DNA of 64,000 nucleotides, from the NCBI GenBank assembly GCA_036501185.1, contig DASYAU010000048.1, positions 19,382 to 83,381 of the forward strand, written 5' to 3'. How positions within the stretch are numbered: the first letter of the stretch is position 1; each line of letters opens with the position of its first letter. The translations under genes were made by a program, and so were the position numbers. Under the pieces are notes generated by a model. It was not told where the DNA came from. It searched no databases and worked only from the letters and a program-made list of their open reading frames with translations. This DNA is from Candidatus Korobacter sp. (GTDB lineage: Bacteria > Acidobacteriota > Terriglobia > Terriglobales > Acidobacteriaceae). Below are positions 27,926-37,531 of the stretch, one piece after another.

Positions 27926-28671
27926 ACCGCGATTTGCTGGCCCTCCCACCCTCGCCGGCGGAGTTGCGCATTCGCTACGGCGACGATCCCAACCAGTTCT
28001 TCGACGTGTGGAAGCCGCCGCGTCCTCGGGCTGTGGCGATGGTCATCCACGGCGGTTTCTGGCGCGCGAAGTACGACCTCCTGCATACCAGCCATTTCTC
28101 TGCGGCGCTGGCCAGGAGTGGCATCGCGGTGGCAAACCTCGAATACAGGCGGGTCGGAAACCCTGGCGGCGGATGGCCCGGAAGCTACAACGACGTGCGC
28201 GCCGGATTCGCGGCGGTGAAAAAATATTTCGGCGACGCAAATAAATTTCTCGTCTTCGGCCATTCGGCCGGCGGACACCTTGGCCTGCGGCTCGCGATTG
28301 ATGAAGAAGATCTGAGCGGCGTGATCGCACTCGCGCCAGTATCGATTCTGCGCAGCGCATACGAGCTCAACCTCAGCAATGGCGCGGTGGCTGAGTTCGT
28401 TGGCGGAAAACCGGAAGAGTTTCCGGAGATCTACGAAGACGCCTGCCCATCGCGCCATCCAGCAAAGGTGCAGCGCATCCTGCTGCATGGTTCAAACGAT
28501 GAAGAAGTCCCAATCGAGATGAGCCGTAGCTTCGAAAACCTGCGCCAGAACGACCCCGGAACGGTGTGGTTCATGAAGCTGGACGAATGCGAGCACATGG
28601 ACCTGATCGACCCTGAATCCCGGGCGTGGCCTATCATTCACATGGACGCCGAATCATTGTTGGAAGACTAG
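27922..28671 (+). CDS. Alpha/beta hydrolase, candidate kynurenine formamidase (eukaryote/Bna7-AFMID type)
   Basis: HGG oxyanion motif (VIHGGFWRAKYD); nucleophile elbow GHSAGGH; late D and H (GSNDEE, CEHMD). ATGA overlap with the permease stop (27922-27925). Convergent with, and touching, the kynurenine operon. Confidence 0.6.
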   Translation: MNRDLLALPPSPAELRIRYGDDPNQFFDVWKPPRPRAVAMVIHGGFWRAKYDLLHTSHFSAALARSGIAVANLEYRRVGNPGGGWPGSYNDVRAGFAAVKKYFGDANKFLVFGHSAGGHLGLRLAIDEEDLSGVIALAPVSILRSAYELNLSNGAVAEFVGGKPEEFPEIYEDACPSRHPAKVQRILLHGSNDEEVPIEMSRSFENLRQNDPGTVWFMKLDECEHMDLIDPESRAWPIIHMDAESLLED

Positions 28672-29930
28672 AGGAACGCCAGGAAGCGCTGCACGAATCG
28701 ATAGACGTCAATATACGAACAATAGAGCGGCACGGGGGCGACACGCAGGATGTCGGGCTCGCGCCAGTCGCAGAAGGCGCCGTCCCCTACCAGCCGATCG
28801 CAAATTTCGCGGTCGCCCTGTTTGATGCGGATGGAAAGTTGCGCGCCGCGACGACGTGGCTCGCGCGGGGTGATGATCTCGAACTTTGGCGACGCGTGGT
28901 GCTCGAGCAAGAACTCGAGATATCCGGTGAGCGCGACACTCTTCTCGCGGAGACGATCAATCCCGGCCTCGTCGAAAATGTCCATCGAGGCGCGCAGCGA
29001 GGCGAGCGCGACAATCGGCGGATTGCTGAGCTGCCATCCGTCGGCGCCGGCCATGGGATGGAACTCTGGGCCCATCTTGAAGCGCGTCGCTTCGTCGTGA
29101 CCCCACCAGCCGGCAAAGCGCGGGAGATCGAAGCTCTTTGCGTGACGTTCGTGCACGAAGCATCCCGCGACGCAGCCCGGGCCGGCGTTGAGGTATTTGT
29201 AACTGCACCAGGCGGCGAAATCCACGTCCCAATCGTGCAACTTGAGCGCGAGATTGCCAGCAGCATGTGCGCAGTCGAAAGCAACCACGCACCCCTTCAC
29301 GTGCCCGGCCTTCGTGATCGTCTCCAGATCAAACGCCTGTCCAGTGGCGTAATTCACTCCACCGAGTAAGACGAGGGCAATGGACGGCCCTTCGCGTTCG
29401 ACGACCGCGAGAATATCTTCGTCTCGGAGAGTAGCCTCGCCGGGACGCGGCCGCAATTCAAGCAGCGAAGTTGCGGGATTGAAGCCGTGGAACTCGATTT
29501 GTGATGCCACAGCGTATTGGTCGGATGGAAAAGCGCTGCCTTCGACTACGATTTTGTGGCGCTCGCGGGTGGGCCGGTAGAACGAGACCATCATCAGGTG
29601 CAGGTTCACGGTAAGCGAATTCATCACCACAACTTCGCTCGGTATTGCACCGACAAGGCGCGCCGTCTGATCGGCAAGGAAGCGATGGTAAGGCATCCAC
29701 GGGTGCTTGCCGTGGAAGTGAGCCTCCACTCCGAGCTCGGCCCAATCATCCAGTTCCTGATCGATGTATTCACGAACCGTCTTCGGTTGCAAGCCGAGCG
29801 AGTGGCCGACTAGATAAATGCAGTCACTACCGTCGCGCGCTTTTGGGAAGTGAAACCGGTTGCGAAAGTTCGCCAGCGGATCGCGCGAATCCGATTCGTG
29901 CGCGAAGGTCTCGGTGGTCTGGTAGATCAT
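28668..29930 (-). CDS. kynU: Kynureninase
   Basis: FHFPK ... IYLVGHSLGLQPK; PLP-lysine block CSYKYLNAGPGCVAG. ATG at 29930 overlaps the kmo stop codon (ATGA). Confidence 0.92.
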   Translation of the reverse strand: MIYQTTETFAHESDSRDPLANFRNRFHFPKARDGSDCIYLVGHSLGLQPKTVREYIDQELDDWAELGVEAHFHGKHPWMPYHRFLADQTARLVGAIPSEVVVMNSLTVNLHLMMVSFYRPTRERHKIVVEGSAFPSDQYAVASQIEFHGFNPATSLLELRPRPGEATLRDEDILAVVEREGPSIALVLLGGVNYATGQAFDLETITKAGHVKGCVVAFDCAHAAGNLALKLHDWDVDFAAWCSYKYLNAGPGCVAGCFVHERHAKSFDLPRFAGWWGHDEATRFKMGPEFHPMAGADGWQLSNPPIVALASLRASMDIFDEAGIDRLREKSVALTGYLEFLLEHHASPKFEIITPREPRRRGAQLSIRIKQGDREICDRLVGDGAFCDWREPDILRVAPVPLYCSYIDVYRFVQRFLAFL

Positions 29931-31288
29931 CGGGCTTCCTCGAGCGGCGTGAGGTCGCGATGGATGAGCTCGGCGGCGCGGTGCCAGTCGAGGTCTTCGA
30001 GGCGCATGATGGGATCGCAAAGTTCAGCGAGAATGCGGTCCTGGATGCGTCCGCGCGAGGCGGCCACGCTGTACGGCACGCGATGAAACGTGACCATGGC
30101 GTACTTCGGTACGAAGACACCGGGGAACTTTGCTTCCAAGGCAAGCTCCGTTTTCTTTTTGAAGAGAAAGCGCGGGTCGGCAACGCGGTCGCGCATTTCA
30201 ACGAAGTTTTCTACCGCGAGATCGGCAATCGAATCGGTGTTGTCCTTGCGTGCGCGCTCGAACTCCGCGAAAAGCCGCGTCCATTGCGGACCGTGGCGGT
30301 CAAGTAAATCCAGAAGGACAGTGCAATCCTCAAACGAACAGTTCAGGCCTTGACCAAAGAAGGGAACAATAGCGTGGGCGGCGTCACCGAGGAGTAAGGC
30401 GCGGCCATCGTGATGCCACGGTGAGCATTTGATGGTGACCATGGAGCCCGTGGGATTTGCGAAGAAGTTCTCTGCAAACTTCGGCATGAGCGCGGCGGCA
30501 TCTGGAAAATGTCTGGCGAAGAACGACTGGACATCCTCGTCGGTGTTTAGCTGAGCGAAACTGTTCTCGCCTTCGAATGGCAAGAAGAGGATGCACCCGT
30601 AGGTGCCGTCGATGTTAGGCAACGCAATCAACATGTACGATCCGCGTGGCCAGATGTGCAGCGCGTGGACCTCCATTGCGTGCTTTCCATCGGCGTTCGG
30701 CGGGATGGTGAGTTCTTTGTAGCCGTAATCCAGATATTGCTGTGAGAAGTTAAAACGCGGCGTTTTGAGCAGTTCGGTGCGGATGGCGGACCCTGCTCCG
30801 TCCGTGCCGATGACTAGCTCGGTAGCGAGAGTGGTTTCCGCGCCGGACTCTTCATCGCGGAGGTGGACCGCACCGGTACGCAGGTCGAAGCCGGTGCAGC
30901 GCTGGTCGAAGTGGATCTTCACGCCATGCTGCTCGGCGGCGTTCATCAACGCGATGTTGAGTTCCGCACGTGAAACCGAGTTGATGACCTCCGTCTCGTC
31001 CTTGCCATAGCGTTGAAACGTGAGTTCGCCCGTGACGGAGTGCATCATTCTGCCGCGCATCGGGATGATGATGGGCTCGATGTCTGGCCAGATGCCGGCT
31101 TGTTTCAGGGCATGGATGCCGCGTGTGGAAAGTGCGAGATTGATAGATCGCCCAGCACTGATGCTCACTTTGCGCATGTCGGGACGGCGCTCGATGAGCT
31201 CCACTGCGTAGCCACGCCGCTTAAGCTCAATGGCGAGCAGCGGTCCGGCGAGACCGGAGCCAACCAGCGTGATCTTGTTCTCCGCCAT
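29927..31288 (-). CDS. kmo: Kynurenine 3-monooxygenase
   Basis: ITLVGSGLAGPLLAIELKRRGYAVELIERRPDMR; GRSINLALSTRGIHALKQAGI; LLGDAAHAIVPFFGQGLN. Confidence 0.92.
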   Translation of the reverse strand: MAENKITLVGSGLAGPLLAIELKRRGYAVELIERRPDMRKVSISAGRSINLALSTRGIHALKQAGIWPDIEPIIIPMRGRMMHSVTGELTFQRYGKDETEVINSVSRAELNIALMNAAEQHGVKIHFDQRCTGFDLRTGAVHLRDEESGAETTLATELVIGTDGAGSAIRTELLKTPRFNFSQQYLDYGYKELTIPPNADGKHAMEVHALHIWPRGSYMLIALPNIDGTYGCILFLPFEGENSFAQLNTDEDVQSFFARHFPDAAALMPKFAENFFANPTGSMVTIKCSPWHHDGRALLLGDAAHAIVPFFGQGLNCSFEDCTVLLDLLDRHGPQWTRLFAEFERARKDNTDSIADLAVENFVEMRDRVADPRFLFKKKTELALEAKFPGVFVPKYAMVTFHRVPYSVAASRGRIQDRILAELCDPIMRLEDLDWHRAAELIHRDLTPLEEAR

Positions 31289-31291
31289 CCG

Positions 31292-33178
31292 CTACTCGAT
31301 TTTGCGCAGCATGGTGCGCGCTTCCCACAGTTCGGGGAAGAATTTCTTGTCCAGCGTGAGGCGAAGGTAGGAAGAGCCGCTGCTGCCGCCTGTACCCATC
31401 TTCATTCCGATGGTGCGCTCCACCATCTGAATATGGCGTAACCGCCACGCGATGACGAGTTCGTCGAACTCGGTGAGGCGTTCGCAAACGTCGATCCAGT
31501 CACGGAAGTTCTTTTCGTCTTCGTATAGGTCGCGGACCGCCTCGGCGCGGCTCTCGAACCGGTCGCGTTCACTCCCGTCGGGCGCATCGACAGGCAGCTT
31601 GCCGATGGAACGCAGCGCCGCGAAAAGGACGTCGTGCAGCGAAGGCTCGCGAAGCCTTCGCGTAAGCTCGAGGTGCTCCTCGGGAACGTCCTCGTGCATG
31701 CGAAGCATTTTCTCGTCTTTCAAGCCGCAAAGGAACTCGATTTGCCGGAACTGCTGCGACTGGAAGCCGCTGGCGGGCTCGAGCTTGTCGCGGAACGCGA
31801 GGAAGTGCGTGGGCAGCATGGTTTCAAGGATCGTGAACTGTGTAACCAGCACCCGCATGATCTCGGTGCAGCGCCGCAGCAGGCGCGCGGCTTCGTACAC
31901 TTCATCGCGCGCGCGCGGTTCGCGGGCGATAGTTTCAAACGCCTGGACCACGGCCGAGAGATCGTGAATCAGTTCCTTGAACCAAAGCTCGTACGTCTGG
32001 TGAATGATGATGAACAACAGCTCGTCGTGGCGCGCAGGCTCGGCCTGGAGCTGCTGAAGATGGAGCAGTTCGGGTATCTTGAGGTAAGAACCATACGTGA
32101 GCTTGCCGGCGGCGGATTCATGCGCCACCGGGCAGCCTTGCAACTGCACTTCGACGCGCTCGCGGGCAGGTTCCGCAATGCTGTGCGGTGCGATCCCGAG
32201 GAAGCGTTCGGCATTCGACGTCAGCAGCTTCTTCTTCGCCGCGCCGGAAAGCCGGCTTTCGCGAATGAGCTTGCCGACGCTCTCTTCGCCAAGCGGGAAG
32301 GGATAATCGGAACCGAGCATCACCTGGTCTTCGCCCATGGCATTCACGAGGAAGCGCAGAGCTTCTTCGTCGAACACGGCGGAGTCTACGGAGAAACGGT
32401 TGACGTAAGCTTTCGGAGAGAGCTCGCATTTTCCGCGCGCGACAGGGTGATGCGCCCAGGCATTTTCCATGCGACCGAGGAGAAACGCAAAGCTGCCTCC
32501 TCCGTGCGCAAAGCAAATTTTGAGATTCTTGGGCAGGCGATCGAATGAACCGCCGAGGATCATGCTCACAATACCGAGCTGCGTTTCGGCAGGCATAGCC
32601 ACCGTCCAGGGCGACATATAGTTCGGCATGCGATCGCGAGCCATCATGTCCCATGGGTGCACGAGCACGGCCGCGCCAAGTGAGGCGCAGTGGTGCAGGA
32701 AAGTTTCGATGCCGGGATCATCCAGGTTCTTCTCGCTAACATGGTTCCCGATCTCCACGCCGAGGTGGCCGGACTTCATAGCCCGCTCGACTTCAGCACA
32801 CGCCATGTCGATGTTCTGCAGCGGCACCTGGCAAAAGGCTCGCAGGCGGCTTTTTCCGCGAGAGCAGATCTCGAGGGCCGCATCGTTGAAAAGCTTCGCG
32901 CAATCGAGGGCGTGCTCGGCCGGTCTTTGATACGCAAAGAGCACGGGGGTGGCCGAGATGATTTGCAGGTCGATGCCATCTCGATCCATTTCGGCGATGC
33001 GCACTTCGGGGTCCCAGCAGGCGTTGTAGATTTTACGGAACTCGCGATCGCCGAGCATGATCGTCGCCTTGCCGTTACCGCTGTGCTTGATCGACGGCCA
33101 GTCGGGCGTGCCGAAACGAGCGCTGAGGTCGGGCCAGTTTTCCGGAAAGAAATGATTGTGGATATCGATAATCCGCAT
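31292..33178 (-). CDS. Fusion protein: 2-amino-3-carboxymuconate-6-semialdehyde decarboxylase (N-terminal) :: tryptophan 2,3-dioxygenase (C-terminal)
   Basis: Residues 1-336 match ACMSD throughout (IDIHNHFFPENWPDL, CWDPEVRIAEMD, HPWDMMARDRM, MPAETQLGI, CFAHGGGSFAF, GSDYPFPLGE). Residues 360-628 are a full TDO core (LTYGSYLKIPELL, HDELLFIIIHQTYELWFK, FRDKLEPASGFQSQQFR, GTGGSSGSSYL, FFPELW). There is no stop or frameshift between them. Confidence 0.85.
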   Translation of the reverse strand: MRIIDIHNHFFPENWPDLSARFGTPDWPSIKHSGNGKATIMLGDREFRKIYNACWDPEVRIAEMDRDGIDLQIISATPVLFAYQRPAEHALDCAKLFNDAALEICSRGKSRLRAFCQVPLQNIDMACAEVERAMKSGHLGVEIGNHVSEKNLDDPGIETFLHHCASLGAAVLVHPWDMMARDRMPNYMSPWTVAMPAETQLGIVSMILGGSFDRLPKNLKICFAHGGGSFAFLLGRMENAWAHHPVARGKCELSPKAYVNRFSVDSAVFDEEALRFLVNAMGEDQVMLGSDYPFPLGEESVGKLIRESRLSGAAKKKLLTSNAERFLGIAPHSIAEPARERVEVQLQGCPVAHESAAGKLTYGSYLKIPELLHLQQLQAEPARHDELLFIIIHQTYELWFKELIHDLSAVVQAFETIAREPRARDEVYEAARLLRRCTEIMRVLVTQFTILETMLPTHFLAFRDKLEPASGFQSQQFRQIEFLCGLKDEKMLRMHEDVPEEHLELTRRLREPSLHDVLFAALRSIGKLPVDAPDGSERDRFESRAEAVRDLYEDEKNFRDWIDVCERLTEFDELVIAWRLRHIQMVERTIGMKMGTGGSSGSSYLRLTLDKKFFPELWEARTMLRKIE

Positions 33179-33180
33179 GT

Positions 33181-33720
<540 letters not shown>

Positions 33721-34143
33721 TTACTTGTCGGCCGGCTTGTAAGCGACGGCGCGGATTTCAATCAATAAATGCGGATGCGGCAACTGGTGGACGGCGACCG
33801 TGGTGCGTGCCGGACCATCGTAGTCGAAAAACTGGCCGTAAACTTCGTTGTATCCGGCGAAATCATCCATGTTCACGAGAAATGTCGTGACCTCGGCGAC
33901 GTCCTTTAAGGTCGCACCTGCGCTCGCGAGGATGGCGCGGATGTTTTCGAGGACAGCGCGAGTTTGCTCGCGGATGTCGAGACGCAAATCGCCGGAGCAA
34001 TCTGTTTGTGCGCCCGCGATGGAATTATCAGCGCGCCGTGAACTGGTGCCGGAAACGAAAAGAAAATCGCCCGCGCGCTTGATGTGCGGGTATTTGCCTA
34101 GCGGCTTGGCGCGACCTTCGACGACTTTGCTTTCCATCTTCAT
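33721..34143 (-). CDS. RidA/YjgF family deaminase (2-aminomuconate deaminase by context)
   Basis: RidA fold signature (AGDFLFVSG ... ARTTVAV). Positioned between the semialdehyde dehydrogenase and dioxygenase genes; ATGA overlap with the upstream gene. Confidence 0.75.
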   Translation of the reverse strand: MKMESKVVEGRAKPLGKYPHIKRAGDFLFVSGTSSRRADNSIAGAQTDCSGDLRLDIREQTRAVLENIRAILASAGATLKDVAEVTTFLVNMDDFAGYNEVYGQFFDYDGPARTTVAVHQLPHPHLLIEIRAVAYKPADK

Positions 34144-35597
34144 TCGGTGCGAATACAGACGTTGTTAAGCTCGGAATAAAAGTTGAGCGAGTGCAAGCCG
34201 CCTTCGCGGCCGATTCCGCTAAGCCCTACGCCGCCAAAGGGCGTGCGCAGGTCACGCAGGAACCAGCAATTTACCCAGGTGATACCTGCATTCATTTGGG
34301 GCGCCACGCGATGCGCGCGCTTCAGATTGTTGGTCCAGACCGAGGCGGCAAGCCCATAGCGCGTGGCATTGGCCATGGCCACAGCTTCTTCTTCTGAATC
34401 AAACGGTGCGATATGGCAAACCGGGCCGAAGATTTCTTCCTTCACGCAGCGAGCGTTTTCGCTGAGACCAGTGAAAATCGTCGGCTGCACGTAGAAGCCA
34501 TTCTTCCTCGAGTCCTCGAATTGCGGAACACCTCCGCCGGTCACGACCCCTGCGCCTTCTTCGCGTGCGAGCTTGTAATACGACAATACCTTTTCGCGAT
34601 GCTGCCCGGAAATGACCGGTCCCATCGTGGCGTTTTCGCTGGTCGGGAATTCGAAATTGTGGGACTCAGCTTTTTTGGCGAGCGCTCCAACAAAGCGATC
34701 GAAGACCGGCCGCTCCACGTACACCCGCTCGGCGCAGAGGCAGACCTGTCCGGTATTGAGGAAGACGGCGTCGCTCATTCCTGCAATGGTGGCGTCGAAG
34801 TCGCAGTCGGCGAAAACCAGCGCGGCGTTCTTGCCGCCTAGTTCAAACGAGACCGGCTTCACCGTGGGTGCACAGGCTTTCATGATAGCCGCACCGGTGG
34901 CGGATTCACCGGTGAAGGTGACGGCATTCACGTCGGGATGACTGACGAGAAATTCACCAGCCGAATTCGGGCCGAAGCCATGCACAAGGTTGAAGACGCC
35001 GTTGGGCAGTCCCGCCTGCCGCATCACCTCGGCGAGTAAGGTCGCGGTAGCCGGAGTTTCTTCCGAGGGCTTGACCACGAGGGCGTTGCCGCACGCGAGC
35101 GCGGGCGCTACCTTCCAGGTGAGCAGCAACAGCGGCAGGTTCCACGGCGTAACGATTCCAACAACGCCGATAGGCTTCCGGACGGTGTAATTCAGGGCGC
35201 GGCGGCCATCCGGCGTTTCAGTTTCGAATGATTCGAGCGAGGCGGTCTTGATTACGTCAGCGAAAACTCGGAAATTGGCGGCGGCTCGAGGAACATCAAG
35301 TCGTGCGGCGAGCGAGACAGGCTTCCCGGTATCGGCGACCTCGGCTTGCACGAAGCAGTCGAACCGCTTCTCGATCAATTCGGCAATTTTGTAGAGAACA
35401 GCGGCGCGCTGGCGGGTGGTCGTCCGTCCCCATTCGCCTGCGAGAGCGCGGCGGGCGGCCAAAACGGCCTGGTCCACCATGTCCTTCGTCGCTTCAGAAA
35501 CTTTCGCAATGACGGTGCCATCCGCGGGATTGATGTCGGGAAACTCGCGCGTGCCGGGCACGAAGCAGCCGTCAACGTAGCTGTGAAGCAGCTTCAA
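34140..35597 (-). CDS. NAD-dependent aldehyde dehydrogenase (2-aminomuconate-6-semialdehyde dehydrogenase by context)
   Basis: ALDH motifs [17 protein letters not shown] and the catalytic Cys in [14 protein letters not shown]. It is the first gene of the kynurenine operon. Confidence 0.85.
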   Translation of the reverse strand: MKLLHSYVDGCFVPGTREFPDINPADGTVIAKVSEATKDMVDQAVLAARRALAGEWGRTTTRQRAAVLYKIAELIEKRFDCFVQAEVADTGKPVSLAARLDVPRAAANFRVFADVIKTASLESFETETPDGRRALNYTVRKPIGVVGIVTPWNLPLLLLTWKVAPALACGNALVVKPSEETPATATLLAEVMRQAGLPNGVFNLVHGFGPNSAGEFLVSHPDVNAVTFTGESATGAAIMKACAPTVKPVSFELGGKNAALVFADCDFDATIAGMSDAVFLNTGQVCLCAERVYVERPVFDRFVGALAKKAESHNFEFPTSENATMGPVISGQHREKVLSYYKLAREEGAGVVTGGGVPQFEDSRKNGFYVQPTIFTGLSENARCVKEEIFGPVCHIAPFDSEEEAVAMANATRYGLAASVWTNNLKRAHRVAPQMNAGITWVNCWFLRDLRTPFGGVGLSGIGREGGLHSLNFYSELNNVCIRTE

Positions 35598-35751
35598 GAA
35601 AGATCCTCGTCTGGTGTGGCCCGAGAGCAGGAGAACTGTGCTTTAAGAAATGGTATCAGGACTTAGGTGGCAATCTCCAATTTGGGAGCACGGGTTAGGA
35701 TTCCTGCGGCGCGGCACGGGCTAGGTCGTCCAATGAAGGGAGGAGACAACC

Positions 35752-36651
35752 ATGGGCGTCAGTGCGCCCGCCAGCGCCCAAATCGAGCCACGGCCAGAGC
35801 CGCCGGTCTCCGAGCAATCCGCGTGGGTGCCGACCTTCATCGGCGACGGCCGCGGCATCTACGCCGTCCGCAAGGGGACGTTTGTTGTTTCGTTTGCACT
35901 TCACGTAGTGGGAGTCGTGGCGCTGCTAACGGTGAACTCGTACATGCTTGCCAAACATTCCGTCATCCAGAGGCAGGTGAATGTTCTGATTGCTGACGTG
36001 AGCTCGTATGTGCTACCAGCTTCGCCAAAACCGGTGGGCGGTGGCGGAGGCGGCGGCGATCGCGACAAACTGCAAGCACCGCATGGAGCGCTGCCGAAAT
36101 TCGCTCGCGAACAAATTACGCCTCCGGCCGTGGTGACGCGGAATGAGAACCCCAAGCTGATTGCCGAACCGACGGTGGTGGTGCCTCCGGACATCGTGAT
36201 GCCGCACGTCGGCGATTTGGGCGATCCGCTCTCGAACGTATTTGGAACGAATTCCAATGGTCCCGGCAGTGGTGGCGGAATAGGCAGCGGACGCGGCGGT
36301 GGAGTGGGGTCGGGTACGGGACCGGGTGTTGGCCCGGGTAGCGGCGGTGGCATCGGCGGTGGCGTGTATCGCGTGGGTGCCGGAGTCAGCCCGCCGACAT
36401 TGGTCTATGCTCCGGATCCTGAATATTCGGAAGAAGCCCGCAAAGCGAAATACATGGGCACGGTGATCGTATGGATGATTGTGGGGACGGATGGTCGGCC
36501 TCACGACGTCCGGGTGGTGTGATCGCTTGGCATGGGCCTGGACGAGCGCGCGATGGACGCCGTGAAAACATGGAAATTCGAGCCAGGCCGCAGGGAAGGC
36601 ATGGCCGTGGCGGTGCAAGTGGATGTCGAGGTGAACTTCCGGCTTTACTGA
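35752..36651 (+). pseudogene. TonB family protein interrupted by one in-frame TGA (36520-36522)
   Basis: TM anchor, Gly-rich linker and the first half of TonB_C (PEYSEEARKAKYMGTVIVWMIVGTDGRPHDVRVV) are followed by TGA. The same frame then continues SLGMGLDERAMDAVKTWKFEPGRREGMAVAVQVDVEVNFRLY to a stop at 36649-36651. Confidence 0.75.
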
Positions 36652-36750
36652 AACGGGCCTATCGCGCCGAACAGTGCACGCCATCACTGACAATCCTGCG
36701 AGAGCGCTCCATCATTTGTGCGGGCCAAAACGCCTTTCTGGAGGCTCCCA

Positions 36751-37479
36751 ATGTTGGCTCTCGGGTGGTTGTTCGCTTTTCTCGCTGCATGCTTAATCGT
36801 GATGGTCCTTCCCGCCGTGGCATGGTTCGAAATCCGCCGCGCCTATTCCGGCAAACGCAACGTGATTTGCCCCGAGTTGAAAGACTCGGCTGAAGTGGAA
36901 CTGGACGCCGGACTGGCTGCGCGTTCACGTTTCTGCAGCCATGCTTCCACAGCGAAAGTGGCGCATTGCTCACACTGGCCAATGAAAGAAGGCTGTGCGG
37001 AAGATTGCATCCCAGAGGTGCTAATGCAAAACAAAGGAGACACATTCTCGGTGAACCACGTTGGCGTGCTTATCGCCGGACTGGTGGGCGGAGCATTCGG
37101 TGATCTGCTGCGATGCTCGCCATTCGCACGCGAGTGGATGGCGTCAGTCGGATTCCCGGCACTGCTGTTCTCAAGGAAGATTTCGTACCTCGCGCCTGCG
37201 GTCTTCGATGTGGTAGCGATGATCATCGTCGCTTATGTGCTTACCTGGTTGATGCATCACGTGAAAGTGGCGGGCGTGAGGGGTGGGCTGGAAGTTGCGG
37301 CGCTGCTGTGGCTCGGTGTGGTGTGCCTGTCGATTCCAGAGGTAGTGTTCTTCTTCCCGGTGAAGATCTTCGCGATGAGCGCGCTGCTGAAGTTATGTGT
37401 GTTGCTGGTGCAAGGGCTCTTGCTGGGAATATTCGTGGTGTCTCATCCGAAGTCCGCGGGAGCGGCGATCTCCGCTTAA
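36751..37479 (+). CDS. Hypothetical integral membrane protein
   Basis: ATG at 36751 preceded by a GGAGG Shine-Dalgarno sequence. N-terminal TM helix, a Cys-containing soluble segment, then about 4 TM helices (possibly DUF1761-like; not verifiable here). Confidence 0.55.
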   Translation: MLALGWLFAFLAACLIVMVLPAVAWFEIRRAYSGKRNVICPELKDSAEVELDAGLAARSRFCSHASTAKVAHCSHWPMKEGCAEDCIPEVLMQNKGDTFSVNHVGVLIAGLVGGAFGDLLRCSPFAREWMASVGFPALLFSRKISYLAPAVFDVVAMIIVAYVLTWLMHHVKVAGVRGGLEVAALLWLGVVCLSIPEVVFFFPVKIFAMSALLKLCVLLVQGLLLGIFVVSHPKSAGAAISA

Positions 37480-37492
37480 CAAGAATGAACTT

Positions 37493-37520
37493 AGGGCCGG
37501 CATTACGCCGGCCCTTTTCC
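37493..37520. terminator. Bidirectional terminator between convergent genes
   Basis: AGGGCCGGC-ATTAC-GCCGGCCCT followed by TTTCC. Confidence 0.7.
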
Positions 37521-37531
37521 TGTTGCTCGGC

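Noticed and set aside
36520-36522. Selenocysteine or other programmed recoding at the in-frame TGA of the TonB paralog
   Set aside because: No SECIS-like hairpin can be drawn in the 40 nt downstream; the nearby CTGGACG/ATGGACG are direct repeats, not inverted ones. The homologous position in paralogs is Arg, not Cys. A nonsense mutation or a sequence error is the simpler reading. The locus is kept as a finding only for verification.
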